DNA of 64,000 nucleotides, from the IMG/VR virus record IMGVR_UViG_3300044506_000040; one strand, written 5' to 3'. This DNA is from an uncultured virus (IMG/VR IMGVR_UViG_3300044506_000040). Its lineage: Duplodnaviria; Heunggongvirae; Uroviricota; Caudoviricetes. Every line of letters starts with the position of its first letter. Within the stretch, counting starts at the first letter, position 1. The notes below the pieces were generated by a model. That model did no database searches. It had not been told where the DNA came from and saw only the letters and a list, made by a program, of their open reading frames with translations. Shown here one piece after another: positions 62,380 to 64,000 of this stretch. A program made the position numbers and the translations under genes.

Positions 62380-62406
62380 CTCAAAGCAGACTGAGCCATA
62401 TATCAC
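62380..62406 (+). promoter_or_regulatory. Putative phage early promoter
   Basis: CTCAA-N14-TATATCAC. Confidence 0.7.
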
Positions 62407-62450
62407 CAACATGAGCATCAATTCCGGTGCTCTATTACAGGACAGACATC

Positions 62451-62840
62451 ATGACGTTCGACGTAAACGAATTGGTTGCGAAGATCGAAGCGACGGTAGT
62501 CCCTGAGCTGCCGGAAGAACTGAACCACGCCATCTTGCGCCTGCATGTGAGCTCGCGCTTGGCAGTCGTGGGCGCTATCAGCAACGACAAGTTGAAGATG
62601 CACATGCTGGTGAACAACATCCGGGAGGCTTCGCGTATGACCGCGGAGCTTCTCGTGTTCTCGCATTACTTTGCCAACATCAGTGGCAAGAAGTTCGTCT
62701 CGCTTCCGCCGGATACGCAAACGGGTCTCGAGTCCCTCTCGATTCACGTCCAGCGTTCGACGGCGATTGTCGAGACGTACACCGATACGCTGCTCAAGAT
62801 GCACGAAATGGTCAAGACGCGTATCGAGGCTCAGAAGTAG
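62451..62840 (+). CDS. Hypothetical protein, paralog of 59425-59799
   Basis: AGGA RBS; FDVNELVAKIEATVVPELP. Confidence 0.7.
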   Translation: MTFDVNELVAKIEATVVPELPEELNHAILRLHVSSRLAVVGAISNDKLKMHMLVNNIREASRMTAELLVFSHYFANISGKKFVSLPPDTQTGLESLSIHVQRSTAIVETYTDTLLKMHEMVKTRIEAQK

Positions 62841-62867
62841 TTCATTAACAATAAACCAAGGAAAGCA

Positions 62868-63071
62868 ATGACGTCTCAGACTTTGCAAGAGAAGATCCTG
62901 CTCGAACACGCCATTCGTGCGGTGACGGATCACTTCAACGACTTCATCGGTCAGTGCATGGATGAAAACGGCAAGCCCAAGGCGCCGTCCATGGGCGACC
63001 TGATGAAGGCGCGCGCCTGCCTGCCGACTCGCTGCCCCCACGCGTTCGTGCCGAAGGAGAAGAAGAAATGA
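62868..63071 (+). CDS. Hypothetical protein
   Basis: AACCAAGGA leader. Confidence 0.62.
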   Translation: MTSQTLQEKILLEHAIRAVTDHFNDFIGQCMDENGKPKAPSMGDLMKARACLPTRCPHAFVPKEKKK

Positions 63072-63586
63072 AGATCGGTAACTTCGGTCTCGATCGCCCA
63101 CGTGCCGAACAACTCTTTGACATGATCTGTCAAGAGCTCGACCGCCGCATGGGTCCGGAAGTCGGCTGGTCGGTGCTCCCCAATAACCTGCCCTTTGTCG
63201 ACCCGGTGTTCGCTTCGCGCATGCTGAACAATCAGCTGCTGGGGCTCTCGGCGTACGTCGCGTACGGGCAAGAGGGTGAGCTCAACCTGATGATGGTCGA
63301 GCAAGAAGTGGCCAAGGGCGGGGACTTCAATCTGAAGCTCTATCGTTACGGCCATCCGGAACTGATGTTCGTGTTCTGCTGCAAGAACGTGACGGCTGCC
63401 CAAGCGCCGCTCGCGGCTCGTCGGGTGTACGAGTTCTTCTACAGCAAGTTCTACAGCGAGCACAAGCGTTACGAATCGCTTAACAGCACTCAGCTGCCGG
63501 CGGTTCACAACGCAGTAAAGCAGGCATTCCCCGACCTCGACAACGCGCGTACGCTGGAAATGCATACGCTCGATCTGTCGCATTAA
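63068..63586 (+). CDS. Hypothetical protein
   Basis: ATGA overlap; AAGGAG RBS. Confidence 0.65.
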   Translation: MKIGNFGLDRPRAEQLFDMICQELDRRMGPEVGWSVLPNNLPFVDPVFASRMLNNQLLGLSAYVAYGQEGELNLMMVEQEVAKGGDFNLKLYRYGHPELMFVFCCKNVTAAQAPLAARRVYEFFYSKFYSEHKRYESLNSTQLPAVHNAVKQAFPDLDNARTLEMHTLDLSH

Positions 63587-63611
63587 ACGCACTACAACCA
63601 AGGAGCCGTAC

Positions 63612-63977
63612 ATGAAGCTGATTCTCACGAACCACTACCCGTTCCCGTATCCGGAAAACATCTCCGAAGAACACGGCGAGCGTCTGTCGAGCGAATCGAC
63701 GGATCGTCAACTCGAACTGCACAACGTGATCCACTTCGAGCAGAAGCACACGACGACGGTGGAGTTCGGCGATCTGGAAGCGTACACGGAAGCCAAGCAG
63801 AAGACTGGCTGGAAGCCGTGGGGCACGGAAGGCACCGAGCAGTTTATCCTCGAAGCGCCGGTGAGCTCGGATGACGGCTATGGTCCGTACGCGGCGATCA
63901 TCGTCAAGAACGAAGCGTGGTGCGGCACCATCTTGGCGGCGGACGTGGAAACGTACACCAAGGTCACGCACGACTAA
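63612..63977 (+). CDS. Hypothetical protein
   Basis: AACCAAGGAG leader. Confidence 0.68.
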   Translation: MKLILTNHYPFPYPENISEEHGERLSSESTDRQLELHNVIHFEQKHTTTVEFGDLEAYTEAKQKTGWKPWGTEGTEQFILEAPVSSDDGYGPYAAIIVKNEAWCGTILAADVETYTKVTHD

Positions 63978-64000
63978 GGCAGTGGGCGGGCTTCGGTCCG

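Noticed and set aside
1..64000. tRNA/rRNA genes, integrase or transposase
   Set aside because: No cloverleaf with a TTC loop recognised in intergenic gaps and no mobile-element motifs; a tRNAscan run would be the definitive check.
63984..64000. Possible UUCG terminator at the window end
   Set aside because: Truncated by the window edge, so the stem and U tail cannot be confirmed.

Overview
The window is a segment of a lytic jumbo-phage genome. It is most likely phiKZ-like (Chimalliviridae-type), judged from a recurrent phiKZ-style early-promoter motif. The host is probably betaproteobacterial (Burkholderia/Ralstonia-like), judged from a host-like dcd and a CAP lipoprotein. Nearly all genes are on the + strand. 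Bases 1-31156 form a virion adsorption module: Ala/Ser/Thr-rich fibres, a fibre with an S74 chaperone, two C1q proteins, a ~2,030-aa periodic fibre, one propeller-less and six Asp-box-propeller paralogs, and a 400-aa protein made of ~22 beta-strand repeats. Bases 31420-63977 are mostly small early/accessory genes, including dcd, a PRPP-synthetase-like + Nampt-like pair (NARP1 anti-defence pathway), two orphan HigA-like HTH proteins, an Ntn-hydrolase-like protein, a 2OG-Fe(II) oxygenase and a lone minus-strand C1 protease. The best candidates for new biology are: (i) a scaffold-plus-subunit adhesin in which the repeat protein may donate the missing beta-strand to each paralog; (ii) a putative sRNA antisense to the AACCAAGGA(G) leader shared by many early genes; and (iii) a ~185-nt multi-stem intergenic RNA. 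All calls come from reading the sequence; no searches were run.
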